Assembly: GCA_051294375.1 (NCBI GenBank)
Contig: CM119264.1
Span: 16,935,139 to 16,999,138 of the forward strand
Source: Paraspadella gotoi
Taxonomy: Eukaryota; Animalia; Chaetognatha
Length of the DNA stretch: 64,000 nt
Direction: 5' to 3'
Part shown: positions 39,169 to 53,436 of the stretch, piece after piece
How the letters are laid out: each line of letters opens with the position of its first letter
How positions within the stretch are numbered: position 1 is the stretch's first letter
Notes under the pieces: generated by a model
What the model saw: only the letters and a program-made list of their open reading frames with translations
Databases searched by the model: none
What the model was told of the DNA's origin: nothing
Program-made: the position numbers and the translations under genes

Positions 39169-40153
39169 GAGAGAGAGAATGCTCCGTCTCTCTCTTCTGG
39201 TCGCGTCTACTAGCTCTCTCGTTCTTTCCATCGATGCAGAGAGTCTGAGAATGAATTATTCTCCTCTTTCGTGTTTATGCGATGCTGAGTTGTCGTCGCC
39301 ATCTTTGAGTTTGGGCTTTTCATTCTTTCCGCTTTTCTTCCCTCCGCGAACATTTTATCGATATCACTGCCAACGGAGCGTCTGCTCTTTTTGATAAAAA
39401 GTATAGTACTGCATCACACGAATAAAAGAAACTACTGAGAGATCAAAACAAATTAGGCTTTTGATTTTATTTTAAAAACGGTATATTGACAGTTTCAGGG
39501 AACTTGATTTTTATGACAACCGATTAAAAAAGAAGATAGGGATTTGTGTTTTTCTATCCATCCAAAATGTATCATATAATAGATACCCATGTATTATATA
39601 TACTTAAAACATTTATAGTGTTAATTGCTTTTAGATAACCGCGTTGATCGGCAAAAACGCGAAGTTTTTCTAAATCGTTCTTACCATTCGCCCTCGTACC
39701 GTTTCGTTTCCTGTAAGGTGTTCCGAACAAGACTTAATTGACGTACGTGGCTCATCCTGTCGCCGCGCAGCTCCGATTCGACCTTGGCCTGACCCTGCTG
39801 GGCTAAATTAGTCACATCCTCACCTTCGTTCCTCTTCCTCTCTTTCTTCTCTCTCTAAACAAAAAAGGCGGGAGAAGAAAAAAGGCTGTATAAAGCCGTC
39901 CAGGGCATTAAACAACAACTAAAGCTAATTTGCACCCTCGAAGGCCATATTAGACCAGGAAAGGCCGTTCAAGGTCGTCTTCAAAAGGCCTTTAAAGAAA
40001 AAGCAGCATGATGGCCAATAGAACCAGCCAGCCATCAAACGTTGACATGACAAGTTTCTTAAATTTCAACAGAGAAAAAAACGTTATTTTTAATTATTGG
40101 TTACTTTCCTTTCCTCCACTTTCGATATTTCTCCTTTGATATTTATGTTTTTT

Positions 40154-43116
40154 TTAGTCGGATCTGCTTTCGCAAATCCCGACTCTATAATTCACTTTTC
40201 GTGGTCCGTCGGTCCGCCCCCTCAATCTTGTCGGGCAATGAAGTTCTGACGTTATATTTCGATCGTGCAGAACTAGTGTTAGCCGATATGACGCGTGTGT
40301 AAAAGTCTGTTAAACGTATAAATTAAGCGGGTTATAAAATAATTTTAACCTTAAGCCGTTAAATGATATTCATGGTTTAAGCGGTATAAAGTGTGCGGTT
40401 AAATTTGCAAATGGTGGATTTTTTATTCATTTTTTGGTATGAAAATCTTTAAATAATTTAAGAAAAAAAACGCTATTTTTTTTCTGTTCTCAGTTATTCT
40501 CCTGCTCCCCGTTCTTCGGACGCATAGTTTTTTAGCCCCTCTCTCTCTTCTTCCAAATTTTTTCCTGCTTTGTTTCCTTTAATTATTTTCATCCATTATT
40601 TTTGCCTATCATTCATCTCGTCTCTTGATTCTTTTCCTTCCCCTTTATTTATCTCAGGCTCCTGTTCTCCTGTTCTTTTTCTTTCCTCACTTTTTCCCCT
40701 TTGTTCTTTCTCAGGCCCCCTTATCTTTTGTTCCTCTTTTATTCCGGCCCTTTGCTTTTCACCATTTTCTTTTTTTTTGGCCCTTTTCATGGCAAATAGA
40801 TATATTATTCAATTTAGGGCTAAAATAAATAATCTGCTATTTACTTTTTGCTCTCTTTTTCTTTCGCGGCTCTATGTAAACATTTAACAAAGGAAGCAAA
40901 TGAAATGAAAACCCGAATGTGAATGAAAAGAATGGAATAAAAAGACCAAAATTAAAATAAAGATATCTTTTAAAAAAATTTAAAAATTAATCATAGAAGG
41001 AACGAATCCTTAAACGAAAAAGACATATTAAAAAAGAAATAAACTGATGATATACTTTTTAACATAAAGCATGAAAAATACTATTATTACGATCAATAAC
41101 ATTAGTTTTTAGATCAAGTCTGATAAAGTCTAACCAAGTCCTATCAATAAATTAAAATTCCATATTGTATATTTATGGTCAATGACCAAGCTTGGTGCAT
41201 AGTTGTATGGAAAGACTAACAACGGAGAAAACAAGCGTTTAAGAAACTAAGCCAACTAAAAAAGATAATATGGGGAGATAGGAGAGTAAGTAGAGAAAGA
41301 AAGAGAATAGCAAAAGAGAGAAAAGAAAACGAAAATATAGAAATGTCAGAAATTTGATGGTAATTCTTCTCGTGGTATCGTTGTGTTATGGAAGATTAGC
41401 CAAAGAAAATAACTTTGTTTTTGGTTACATAAAGCCAACAATTTTATTTGACACTAGAAAAAATAGAGCATTGTATTTCGACTCGAAGCTGTTTCGAAGT
41501 CACTTGGTATCAGGGTCTGGTGGCCATGCGTCAAGAGCAGGAGTTAAAGAGAAGAATAGGCAGTTCAAGATACTTTAAGTTTGGTGTTGTAAATCTTAAA
41601 ATATTTTCAATTTAAAGTGATGGAATTTATAAAAATTAAAACAGGCGATCTTAACGGATTAATCGTTGAAAAAGATGCTAGTGTTTAAAACGGTTAAGCG
41701 AATTTTCCTAAAAAAATGAGGCGGTTGGTATCGCGAACATGCCCTAAGTCAGAAAGCAATTTGAATTATGATAAATTATGCAAAAAAAACAAACGATATC
41801 CGTCGTCCGTCTGTCCGGTCCGTCCGGTCCTGTCCATCCAGTCGCATCCTACCTTAGCAAAAAAATACCAATTACGTCGTGATTGGGGATGGATAAGATG
41901 GATTGGAATGAAATTTTGTGGTGTGGGTAGGGAAAGTGTGTGATTGAGCTGGTTATGAAGTTTCGGATGGAATCGGTCGCAAGTGGAAATGAGTTTAAAT
42001 AGAGACAAAAAAATATATTTCAGCTATGTTGAACACCAATTGACTCATCGAGTGGATGGGGCGGATTGACTTGAAATTTATGGTGATTTTGGGTAAGAAA
42101 AGTGTGTGATGTAAACATGGAAATCAAGTTTCGATGGAATCATTTCAGTGGAAATGAGTTTAAATGGAAAAAAACAAAGAACCTGTGTTTCACTAATTGA
42201 TTATGCTTCTTTTTTTAATTTTAAATGTAAATTCAAGATGCATTTAATTAATCAAATAATTAATTAGTTAATTAATCAATTAGTCAATTAATTAATCAAT
42301 AATTAATTAAATCAGTTAATTAATCAATCAAAAACAAACATTTTGGATCAAATTAATTGCATAATTGCCTATTAAAATTAAATTAATTAACTTGAATAAA
42401 TTAATTATTAATTAATTAATTAATTAAATATTTATTAATTAATTATTAATTAATTAGCCGAATAATGATGNNNNNNNNNNNNNNNNNNNNNNNNNCAAAA
42501 AATACCAATTACTCGTGATTGGATGGATAGATGGATTGGAATGAAATTTTGTGTGTGGGTAGGGAAGTGTGTGATTGAGCTGGTTATGAAGTTTCGATGG
42601 AATCGTCCAAGTGGAAATGAGTTTAAATAGAAAAAACAAAAAAATATATTTTCACTATTTGAACACCAATTACTCATGAGTGGATGGGGCGATTGACTTG
42701 AAATTTTGTATTTGGGTAGAAAAGTGTGTGATTAACTGGAAATCAAGTTTCGATGGAATCATTTCAGTGGAAATGAGTTTAAATGGAAAAAAACAAAGAA
42801 CCTGTTTCACTAATTGATTATGCTTCTTTTTTTTAATTTTAAATGTAAATTCAAGATGTATTAATTAATCAAATAATTAATTAGTTAATTAATCAATTAG
42901 TCAATTAATTAATCAATAATTAATTAATCAGTTAATTAATCAATCAAAACAAACATTTTGGATCAAATTAATTGCTAATTGCCTAATTAATTAAATAATT
43001 AACTTGAATAAATTAATTATTAATTAATTAATTAATTAAATATTTATTAATTAATTAATTAATTAATTACCGATAATGATCGTGGGCAGATCCGACATTG
43101 TTTGCTCAAACTTGTT
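40154..43116 (+). mobile_element. Non-autonomous Helentron (HINE, DINE-1-like); about 0.9 kb once the nested insertion and gap duplication are removed
   Basis: 5' subTIR agtcggatctgc with an adjacent inverted copy (40156-40184), a (GTCC)n tract (~41800-41845), two ~160-bp central tandem repeats (~42504 and ~42665), 3' subTIR gcagatccgac (43086-43096), a short hairpin gtttg-ct-caaac and terminal cttgtt. It is inserted in T-rich sequence with no TSD. Confidence 0.8.
40274..41746. mobile_element. Nested ~1.47 kb non-autonomous hAT-like element inside the HINE
   Basis: Absent from the copy at 39050-39080. Its ends, tagtgttagccgata... and ...tatcgcgaacatgcccta, form a noisy TIR starting TAG. Flanks gt(g)cagaac and gtcagaa(ag)c give an ~8-bp TSD. 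Many subterminal (a/g)cggtt(aa)-like motifs occur at both ends. Confidence 0.65.
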
Positions 43117-44950
43117 TGAGCACCATTTGCAGTCATTGATTTAGACGGAAGCCAGGTCATAGGGTGAGCTAATACATTTTGGTACTTATATACTTGGTAG
43201 ACTTCCTTTTTTTATAAAAAAAAGCGTTCAAAGAAAAATATTACAAGATTACCAATTTAAAATTCAAAGGACAGAGTGAAAAAAGATGGAAGCAGATAAT
43301 AAGAAAGAGGAGAAATGAAAACCGAGGGAGAGAGAGGAAGAGATGGCCAAAAACAAGGAGAGCGAGAGAAAAAAGTAAGACAGAAGAAAAAGAAGAAAAT
43401 GAGAGAAAGACTACAAGAATAAAAAAGAGCACCAGAGAGCTAAGTGGATTTGAGGATTTCCTGTTCATTTGACTTTCAAATGGTAGGTGGCCGGTGGGTC
43501 TCGAAGAGAAAGGGAGAGAGAGAGAGAGAAATCTCGTGGCAAAAGAATAAAATCGTGAGAAAAGGGTGTTAAAGGGTTAATGGGATGAAAGGGCAAAAAA
43601 AAAAAGCCTTTGAAGGAGAGTCGAGATTAATGTTTCATGAAAAAAATTTCATTTTAATAATTAGCCATCGATTAGGCCTTCCGGTTCTAAGGTTTTAAAT
43701 TTTGAAAGCCATCCTCGAGATGGAAAATAGTTAGTTAATTAGGTTGTTAATGAATTATAAAAATCCTTCTTCAAGGATGTTGAAAAATAATCGTAGAATT
43801 TTAACAAATGTATGGAAATATATACATAATACATTGTAGATTCGTAGAATGTAATATTTACAATACAACTTTTAAAAACGGGTGCTTTGATGTGACCTTT
43901 GTTTCCCTCCGCCTCAAGCGAATGGACAAGCAACTTTAAAAGGAGCAAAAGAAAAAAAACCCGGGAAATTCGCTCGACGTCATGAGCAGTCTAAAGAAAA
44001 TCGAGTGGAAAGCGTTTGTTCTCGATTTCAGGCGTTGTTCTATAAGACGATGTCCTTTAAGCCAATGTCTTCTCAGCCGGAGCCCAGTGCCCGTTCGGAC
44101 GACACACTTTCCTACGAAGTCCACTCAATCAAGTTCCTTGTTAACAAAGACGGCGTCCTCGGGTTCTGTACATCGTAGAAAAAAAAAAAAAGAACCAAGC
44201 GATAAACGAGACGACGTTTTGAAACCTTAAAGGCACCGATGATATTTTTTTGACCGTTAGTTACGTATGTAAAGCCGGACACTTCTGCAACGAGCGTCGA
44301 CGGTTTCCCCGCCGAGCCAGTCAAAAACTAGCCAAAAACGCGGTTGGCATCCAAGCCAAAGAGGATCTAAGAAAAACCGAAATTACTGGAGTGAAACTAA
44401 AACAAACGGAAGGAAAAAAAAGGCGAGAAAAGGAACCGCCGAAAGCAGGGGAAAAAAAGCATCGAATTGCGCGCGAGTTCTTTCGGTTCACGGGGCGTGT
44501 AGCGAGAAAAGGACATGGGTGCAAGACGGAAAAGAAAAAAATAGATTTACTTCAAAAGAAAAACAAACAAACAAAACCAAGCATAAGGATAAAAATTTAG
44601 ATAGATTAGGGGGTTGTATATGTTAATATCTTTTGTGCAAAAATTTAAAAAACAGGAAAAGGATGACGATTATTCAATAAATGCCAAAATAATTGATTGC
44701 AATCGACAATAACAGGAGAGAAATCAATCTAGCGTTTAATCCAAAATAATCGCCAAGCACAACACCTCGTTATAATCTCGTTAATATTCAAGAAATTCAT
44801 TTTATAAGTCGGGCCGCCGTGATTTCACAAATCGGGGCGACCGTGATTTTAAAGATTTCTTCGAAAATGTGCGAAATTCGATTCCTACAACAAACAGAAT
44901 CATATCATATCTATAATATAAATATATAATATATATATAATATATTATTA

Positions 44951-44989
<39 letters not shown>

Positions 44990-46939
44990 TAATCCCGAAA
45001 AAAAAGAATAACACCTCGTGGGCAGATCCGACATTGTTTGCTCAAACTTGTTTGAGCACCATTTGCAGTCATTGATTTAGACGGAAGCCAGGTCATAGGG
45101 TGAGCTAATACATTTTGGTACTTATATACTTGGTAGACTTCCTTTTTTTTATAAAAAAAAGCGTTCAAAGAAAAATATTACAAGATTACCAATTTAAAAT
45201 TCAAAGGACAGAGTGAAAAAAGATGGAAGCAGATAATAAGAAAGAGGAGAAATGAAAACCGAGGGAGAGAGAGGAAGAGATGGCCAAAAACAAGGAGAGC
45301 GAGAGAAAAAAGTAAGACAGAAGAAAAAGAAGAAAATGAGAGAAAGACTACCAAGAATAAAAAAGAGCACCAGAGAGCTAAGTGGATTTGAGGATTTCCT
45401 GTTCATTTGACTTTCAAATGGTAGGTGGCCGGTGGGTCTCGAAGAGAAAGGGAGAGAGAGAGAGAAATCTCGTGGCTAAAAAGAATAAAATCGTGAGAAA
45501 AGGGTGTTAAAGGGTTAATGGGATGAAGGGCAAAAAAAAAAAGCCTTTGAAGGAGAGTCGAGATTAATGTTTCATGAAAAAAATTTCATTTTAATAATTA
45601 GCCATCGATTAGGCCTTCCGGTTCTAAGGTTTTAAATTTTGAAAGCCATCCTCGAGATGGAAAATAGTTAGTTAATTAGGTTGTTAATGAATTATAAAAA
45701 TCCTTCTTCAAGGATGTTGAAAAATAATCGTAGAATTTTAACAAATGTATGGAAATATATACATAATACATTGTAGATTCGTAGAATGTAATATTTACAA
45801 TACAACTTTTAAAAACGGGTGCTTTGATGTGACCTTTGTTTCCCTCCGCCTCAAGCGAATGGACAAGCAACTTTAAAAGGAGCAAAAGAAAAAAAACCCG
45901 GGAAATTCGCTCGACGTCATGAGCAGTCTAAAGAAAATCGAGTGGAAAGCGTTTGTTCTCGATTTCAGGCGTTGTTCTATAAGACGATGTCCTTTAAGCC
46001 AATGTCTTCTCAGCCGGAGCCCAGTGCCCGTTCGGACGACACACTTTCCTACGAAGTCCACTCAATCAAGTTCCTTGTTAACAAAGACGGCGTCCTCGGG
46101 TTCTGTACATCGTAGAAAAAAAAAAAAAAGAACCAAGCGATAAACGAGACGACGTTTTGAAACCTTAAAGGCACCGATGATATTTCTTTTGACCGTTAGT
46201 GTACGTATGGTAAAGCCGGACACTTCTGCAACGAGCGTCGACGGTTTCCCCGCCGAGCCCAGTCAAAAACCTAGCCAAAAACGCGGTTGGCATCCAAGCC
46301 AAAGAGGATCTAAGAAAAACCGAAATTACTGGAGTGAAACTAAAACAAACGGAAGGAAAAAAAAGGCGAGAAAAGGAACCGCCGAAAGGCAGGGGAAAAA
46401 AAGCATCGAATTGCGCGCGAGTCTTTCGGTTCACGGGGCGTGTAGCGAGAAAGGACATGGGTGCAAGACGGAAAAGAAAAAAATAGATTTACTTCAAAAG
46501 AAAAACAAACAAACAAAACCAAGCATAAGGATAAAAATTTAGATAGATTAGGGGGTTGTATATGTAATATCTTTTGTGCAAAAATTTAAAAAACAGGAAA
46601 AGGATGACGATTATTCAATAAATGCCAAAATAATTGATTGCAATCGACAATAACAGGAGAGAAATCAATCTAGCGTTTAATCCAAAATAATCGCCAAGCA
46701 CAACACCTCGTTATAATCTCGTTAATATTCAGAAATTCATTTTATAAGTCGGGCCGCCCGTGATTTCACAAATCGGGGCGACCGTGATTTAAAGATTTCT
46801 TCGAAAATGTGCGAAATTCGATTCCTACAACAAACAGAATCATATCATATCTATAATATAACATATATAATATATATATAATATATATATAATATATATA
46901 TAATATATATGTATAATCCCGAAAAAAAAGAATAACACC
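43080..46939. repeat. Near-identical tandem duplication 43080-45015 / 45016-46939
   Basis: Both units start tcgtgggcagatccgac and end gaataacacc. The ORF track gives identical peptides in both. The (TA)n tract lengths differ. Confidence 0.95.
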
Positions 46940-47614
46940 GGGTGACCGTCTCAGACGACGAACATGGTTATCACCATCATTGCGGTTTCCGCCGTCGTTG
47001 ATGAGTGAGAACAACGTAAGAGTTTGTCGCTAGGCCACGTCAAGGTTGCGACGATAAATTAATTAATTTCTGGCCCCCTCGTATTAAGGAAAGCGGGTGG
47101 GACTCAACCTGGGATACGAGGACGACCTCGTTACCTGCCAGTCAAATTTGAATAGTCGAGAGTTGTTTCGATCGTTGGTCTTCATCGTCGTCATCGGGCG
47201 GTTTCGTCGTCAGTCATCGTCGTCCTTCGCCGATTGTTGTTTGTATGCAAATCCGCAGGCGGGCCAATTTTCCGACATCAGCGGGGAAAACAAAAACATG
47301 AATGGCGCTTTTGGTCCGAGTGGACTTTTTTTTTTTTCGCCGAAGCGACGCGGCTTTCTGATCGCGGTTCTCTTCCGACGTGGGCTGGTTTCGCGTGCTC
47401 TCTCTCTTGCTCTTTTTGTTTTGCGCAGTGGCGGCGATGTTTGGCGGGCGGTGGGCGTCCGTTTGCCAAGTTTCTGGTTTCGCGCGCGCGGGTTCTTTTG
47501 TTTTTCTCTGCTTGATGCCGTTTCGGTTTTCTGCATAGATTTGCAATTTTAAGGCGAACAGCGTCTTTTTTTCAACGTGCGAATTTGAGATTTTGTTGAA
47601 GATAAATTAGACAA

Positions 47615-48518
47615 CGAATCATTTTTTAAAAAATGGTTATCTCAACAGATTAAGTTGGAAAAGAGACGAAACTCGTAAATCCAAGATGAACTATTTTGAG
47701 GGAATTAAAGTAGGCCACATAAGGCAAAATGAGCGGTCGAACCAAAAATCTAGGACGACGACGACGTACGACGACGACGACGAGCGACGACTGAATTCGC
47801 CTCGCGTCTCTTCGATGTCCAATTTTCTCATCAACGATCGTCACTCTTCAACTTACGTCTATTCACATCTCCAAATTACTCCACTTCTCTCATATTTGTT
47901 TTATCACCAATAAATTTCTCCTAAGATCAACTTATTACATATTTTTTACAATAGTTTACTGTGCTCGGGCGATAAATCTAAAAATTATAGGAGAATACTT
48001 GAGGCTTAAGGCCGTCGGTGCCATCCTTCTTTAATCAAACCTCGCATTCTCCTTTTTTTCCCACGTATTCTTTTTAATGCTGGTAGTCCAGGGACACAAG
48101 CGCCCTTTGTTGTGATATTACCAGCAAGCTTAGTTATCAGTTGCTTGCTTTTTCTTCGCCACCTTGGTCATTCTTTTAATCCTCGTTCCTTTCATGAATA
48201 TTCTATCTACCATAACCCCATAATTAGAGAAGAATTACTCGACTTTAATTACATTTTTTTTTCTTGCTAAAAACTTGTTTCTTTCTCACTTTCAATTTGT
48301 CTTTCTTTACTGCGGTTTTTTTTTCTTTTTCCCCTTTTCCACCCTTCTTCCGCTTTCTCACCCTCTCTCTCTTCTCGCGCTCTTTTTTTCCCCTCGTTTT
48401 TTCCCTAATCTAAATTTTTCGACGGAAATTCGCTTCCTGGCTGCCGACGTGTTTGTATATGCTGCCAGAGGCTAATGAGAAAATGGGGAGACCTCGGAGT
48501 CGCTCGCTGTTGCTGTGG

Positions 48519-48551
<33 letters not shown>

Positions 48552-51260
48552 AGGAGGAGGCGGTGGCCGTCGTAACGGCGCGAACTCCGACGTCGGTCGG
48601 TTGCTGCAGCAGCTTCAGGCCGGTGCAGCAGTATCTCATCAACGGCAGCTGCGGGAGTCAGCATCCATCCCTCACTCTCGTCTTTCAGTTTCACTCACCC
48701 CTTCTCGACCACTCCCCTTCTTCTCTTTCAAGTTCTCCCCATCCGTGCTCTGGAACCCGACTATTACTAGACGGTTATGATGATTCTAGAGCCTCTGATT
48801 TTTTTTCCCCCCAGTTTTTCTTTTCCATTTTTTTTTCTCTCTCTTCTTTTCTTTTGACTCCCGAGAAGAAGAGACGCAAATGGAGAGAAGATGAAGGAGC
48901 AGAAGGAGAGAGAAAGTTTCGACAACAGAGAGCCAATCCTAGAATCTATGAGAGTAGCAGTCAAGGATTTTTTATGAGAAAAATTAAAATAGGAAGTTCG
49001 AAAATAGCCCCCCCCCCAAAAAAAAACATGCAAATTTAATCTCCTTTAACCGTGAAGAAATCGAGGATATTCGTTGGCACAATCAGCATCTCCGGCTCAT
49101 AACATAACTAAATCGTTTACTAAAGAGAGAAGCCCTTCTTCCCCAGCAGATTTATTAGAATGCATCTACGTTCTCGGAATCGCTTGTTCACCAACAAAAT
49201 CCTGAGGCTCAACCGTGAAGGAAAGCTCACGTCACAACGATTAATGGCAAAGGCCTAGATTAATTGGCCTAGATTAATTTTAAAACCATTATAAGAAACA
49301 AAAAAATAATTTGGTACATTTGATAATGACATTATTTGTGGTTAAAGGCAGTAAATGATCTAGGATATTCTTACGTTATTAGACATCTACCTTGGGATTA
49401 AATGGGTTAAAATTATNNNNNNNNNNNNNNNNNNNNNNNNNTGATCAAAATATTTTTTTTTAAAAAATGGGTATCTTCAACAGAGTAAGTTTGAAAAGAG
49501 ACGAAACTCGTAAAATCCCAAGGATGACTATTTTTGAGGGAATTAAAAGTAGGACCATAAGGCAAAATGAGCGGTCAACCAAAAATCTAGGGACGACGAT
49601 ACGAACGACGACCGCGAGCGAACGACTGAATTCGCTCGCGTCTCTTCGATGTCCAATTTTCTCATCAACGATCGTCACTCTTCAACTTACGTTTCACTCT
49701 CCCAAATTACTCCACTTCTCTCATATTTGTTTATCAGCACATAAATATCTCTTAGACTATCACTTATTACATATTTTTTTACAATAGTTTACTGTTGCTC
49801 GGGCGTTAATAATCTAAAAATTATGGAGAATACTTGAGGCCTTAAGGCCGTCGGGCTTCCATTCCTTCTTTTAAATCAAACCTCGCATTCTCCTTTTTCC
49901 TTCTATTTTTAAATGCTGGTAAGTCAAGCACAAAGCCCCTTTTTGATTGCCAAAGCTTGTTTCATTGCTTTGCTTTTTCTTCGTCGCACCCTTGCGTCAT
50001 TCTTTTAATCCTCGTTCCTTTCATGAATATTCTATTCTACCATAACCCCATAATTAGAGAAGAATTATCGACTTAATTACATTTTTTTTCTTTTCTTGCT
50101 AAAAACTTGTTTCTTTCTTACTTTCAATTTGTCTTTCTTTACTGCGGTTTTTTTCTTTTTCCCCTTTTCCACCCTTCTTCCGCTTTCTCACCCTCTCTCT
50201 TCTCGCGCTCTTTTTTTCCCCTCGTTTTTTTCCCTAATCTAAATTTTTCGACGGAAATTCGCTTCCTGGCTGCCGACGTGTTTGTATATGCTGCCAGAGG
50301 CTAATGAGAAAATGGGGAGACCTCGGAGTCGCTCGCTGTTGCTGTGGCGGCGGCGGCGGCGGTGGTGGGAGGAGGAGGCGTGGCCGTCGTAACGGCGCGA
50401 ACTCCGACGTTCGGTCGGTTGCTGCAGCAGAGCTTCAGGCCGGTGCAGCAGTATCTCATCAACAGGCAGCTGCGGGAGTCAGCATTCCATCTCCCTCACT
50501 CTCGTCTTTCAGTTTCACTCACCCCTTCTCAACCACTCCCCTTCTTCTCTTTTCAAGTCCTCCCCATCCGTGCTCTGGAACCCGACTATTACTAGACGGT
50601 TATGATGATTCTAGAGCCTCTGATTTTTTTTTCCCCCAAGTTTTTTCTTTTCCATTTTTTTTCTCTCTCTTCTTTTTTCTTTTGACTCCCGAGAAGAAGA
50701 GACGCAAAGGAGAGAAGATGAAGGAGCAAGGCAGAAGGAAGAGAAAGTTTCGACAACAGAGAGCCAATCCTAGAATCTATTGAGGAGTAGCAGTCAAGGA
50801 CTTTTATTGAGAAAAATTAAAATAGGAAATTCGAAATAGCCCCCCCCCCAAAAAAAAAACATGCAAATTTAATTCTCCTTTAACCGTGAAGAAATCGAGG
50901 ATATTCGTTGGCACAATCAGCATCTCCGGCTCATAACATAACTAACTAAATCGCGTTTACTAAAGAGAGAAGCCCTTTCTCCCCAGCAGATTTATTAGAA
51001 TCGATCTACGTTCTCGGAATCGCTTGTTCACCAACAAAATCCTTGAGGCTCAACCGTGAAGGAAAGCTCACGTCACAAACATTAATGGCAAAGGCCTAGA
51101 TTAATTGGCCTAGATTAATTTTAAAACCATTATATAAGAAACAAAAAAATAATTTATTGGTACATTTGATAATGACATTATTTGTGGTTAAAGGCAGTAA
51201 ATGATCTAGGATATTCTTACGTTATTAGACATCTACCTGGGATTAAATGGGTTAAAATTA
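47615..51260. repeat. Duplication ~47615-49416 / 49442-51260 around a 25-N gap
   Basis: Colinear, and both copies end gggattaaatgggttaaaattat. Confidence 0.92.
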
Positions 51261-51329
51261 TGCCAGCATACCACCATATCGTAACATAACCAACAGCAGA
51301 GTTTGGGAGAAGAGAAAAGAGAGATAGAG

Positions 51330-51390
<61 letters not shown>

Positions 51391-51546
51391 CCATATTTAC
51401 CCTCCTCGTTCCTCCGCCAGAATCTCAAAGGAAAAAGTAAAGGTCTAATACTCTTAATGACTTTTAGTCCGTTTATTCATTATTGTTTGCTCTGGCTTCT
51501 CATTTATCTCTCTCTTTCTTTCTCGCTCTATCTCTCCGTCGCTATG

Positions 51547-51671
<125 letters not shown>

Positions 51672-53251
51672 TCTACGTCTTAGAATTTGCCAGATAAATG
51701 GATTTTAATCACGCGAAATGGTTGTAATCGTTTCATGTCATTGTTTTACGCAAAAAAAGAGAAATAATTTTTAATGTCCTAGAGTCACTATTTACGCTTA
51801 GAGAAATTGAACCGAGTGGTAAGGAAGCCATAATAAAACTTAAAAAGAACATACAGCGTACAAAAAAAAGAAAGAAAGAAAAAGAAATTAAATTTCCACG
51901 ATGAGTAATGAGCTCCGCCGCACCGACTTTTTTCGCTAATTCTTACCGCAGCAACTCGCCCATTTGGAGAAACCCGTGATAAATCCAACCGGCCGGCGAA
52001 ACATAAAAACCACAAAAGGTGAACAAATTATTTCGGAACAATGCGAGAGAGAGAGAGAGTCGAGCGAAAGTTCAAAAGGAAATTCCATAATATTTCTCTC
52101 CCTCGACATTAAACATAATTTTTAGTTTCCGATGGTTTCTTTTTTTCTTTTTTTTTTCCTTTTCTCGTTTCAGTGAAGTTTTCAGCCTCACTTGGGCACA
52201 AAACTAGCTTCATTAGCCCCCACCCACCCCTCTCTCTCTCTCTCTCTCTGTCTATCTCATTTGATCTAAAGGTAGTGACAGTTGAGATGGCGTTAGAAAA
52301 GCTGGGGTTTGAAACTGAGGTCGTCTCAACCGATGGCGTTGAAGCGACGACGCCGACGACAACCACGACGACGACAACGACTGCAGCGACGACGATGCTA
52401 ACGACGTTAACGAGTGTACGTGACGTTGGTTTCTTCGAATATTTTGTTTCAAAGTGGTTTCTTATGAATGTCATAAACGAAATTTTTTTCCTAATGAGAC
52501 TTCGAGCAGGACTTGTTTTTCAACAGAATTCTTCATTAAATTTATTAATTTATAGATATTGTGTTGTCTAGTAAAATAACGTTATCTTATTTCAGATTTT
52601 TTTTTTCATGGTTCGCGATACGAGTTAAAAAAAAAGATTTTGAGAAAGGAAACTGGAATCATTATCATCTTTCTTAAATTCAAAAGGCTATCGACTACGT
52701 ACGTATATAAATTACAAATCTTTCTCTTTTCATAGAAAAACTTACCTTCTTTCCCAGTATCAATTTCCGATCCACAAACGAACACAATCATGATAACTCG
52801 TTGGTTTTCTTTCTTTTTTCAAAACCGATACTCCAACCAAAGGTATCGAGAAAAATAACTCTGTTGTTAGAAAGGAAACATCCACTTGTGTTTTTTTGTT
52901 TTTTCCGGTTTGTTTTTTCAGCTCTGGTTCGAACCATGCAGTCCATGTTGACCAAACAGACCAGCGAACGCCCGCTTAGCAAAAAAACGAAGGAAAAAAT
53001 CGTCTTCCATTTAGCGGCGAGGGGTAATGGCGCTGAAAGCGGCTTCAAAAGCACGATACGGTATGTTAATGTAGATGCTTAATCGGTTTCGTATCGGACG
53101 GAGAGCCAGCGTTCACCGTCGGCATGGGAATCGCCGAAAATGAACCCCGATTATGAGTGGATGGCATGGAGGCCGGCGGAGGCTAGAATGTCAATGGCAT
53201 TATCTGCGGTGTTGGGGAGGACAGAGAGACCGCAAAGACGCCGAGAATGGT

Positions 53252-53436
53252 GATGCCATTAGCGCCAGTAATGAGGAGTGGTGGCGCTCAGGATGCCATA
53301 GATGCTAGTAATGAGGAGTGGTGGCGCTAAGGATGCCATGGATGCCAGTAATGAGGAGTGGTGGCGCTCAGGATGCCATGGATGCCAGTAATGAGGAGTG
53401 GTGGCGCTCAGGATGCCATGGATGCCAGTGGTGGCG
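53252..53436. repeat. 40-bp minisatellite, about 4.5 units
   Basis: Unit gccagtaatgaggagtggtggcgctcaggatgccatggat, with atgaggagtg at 53271, 53311, 53351 and 53391. Confidence 0.95.

Noticed and set aside
52270-52440. Thr-rich ORF (TTPTTTTTT)
   Set aside because: It is an (ACG/ACA)n repeat open in several frames, with no clear donor or homology.
53252-53436. CRISPR-like array
   Set aside because: The units are contiguous with no unique spacers, the context is eukaryotic and there are no cas genes.
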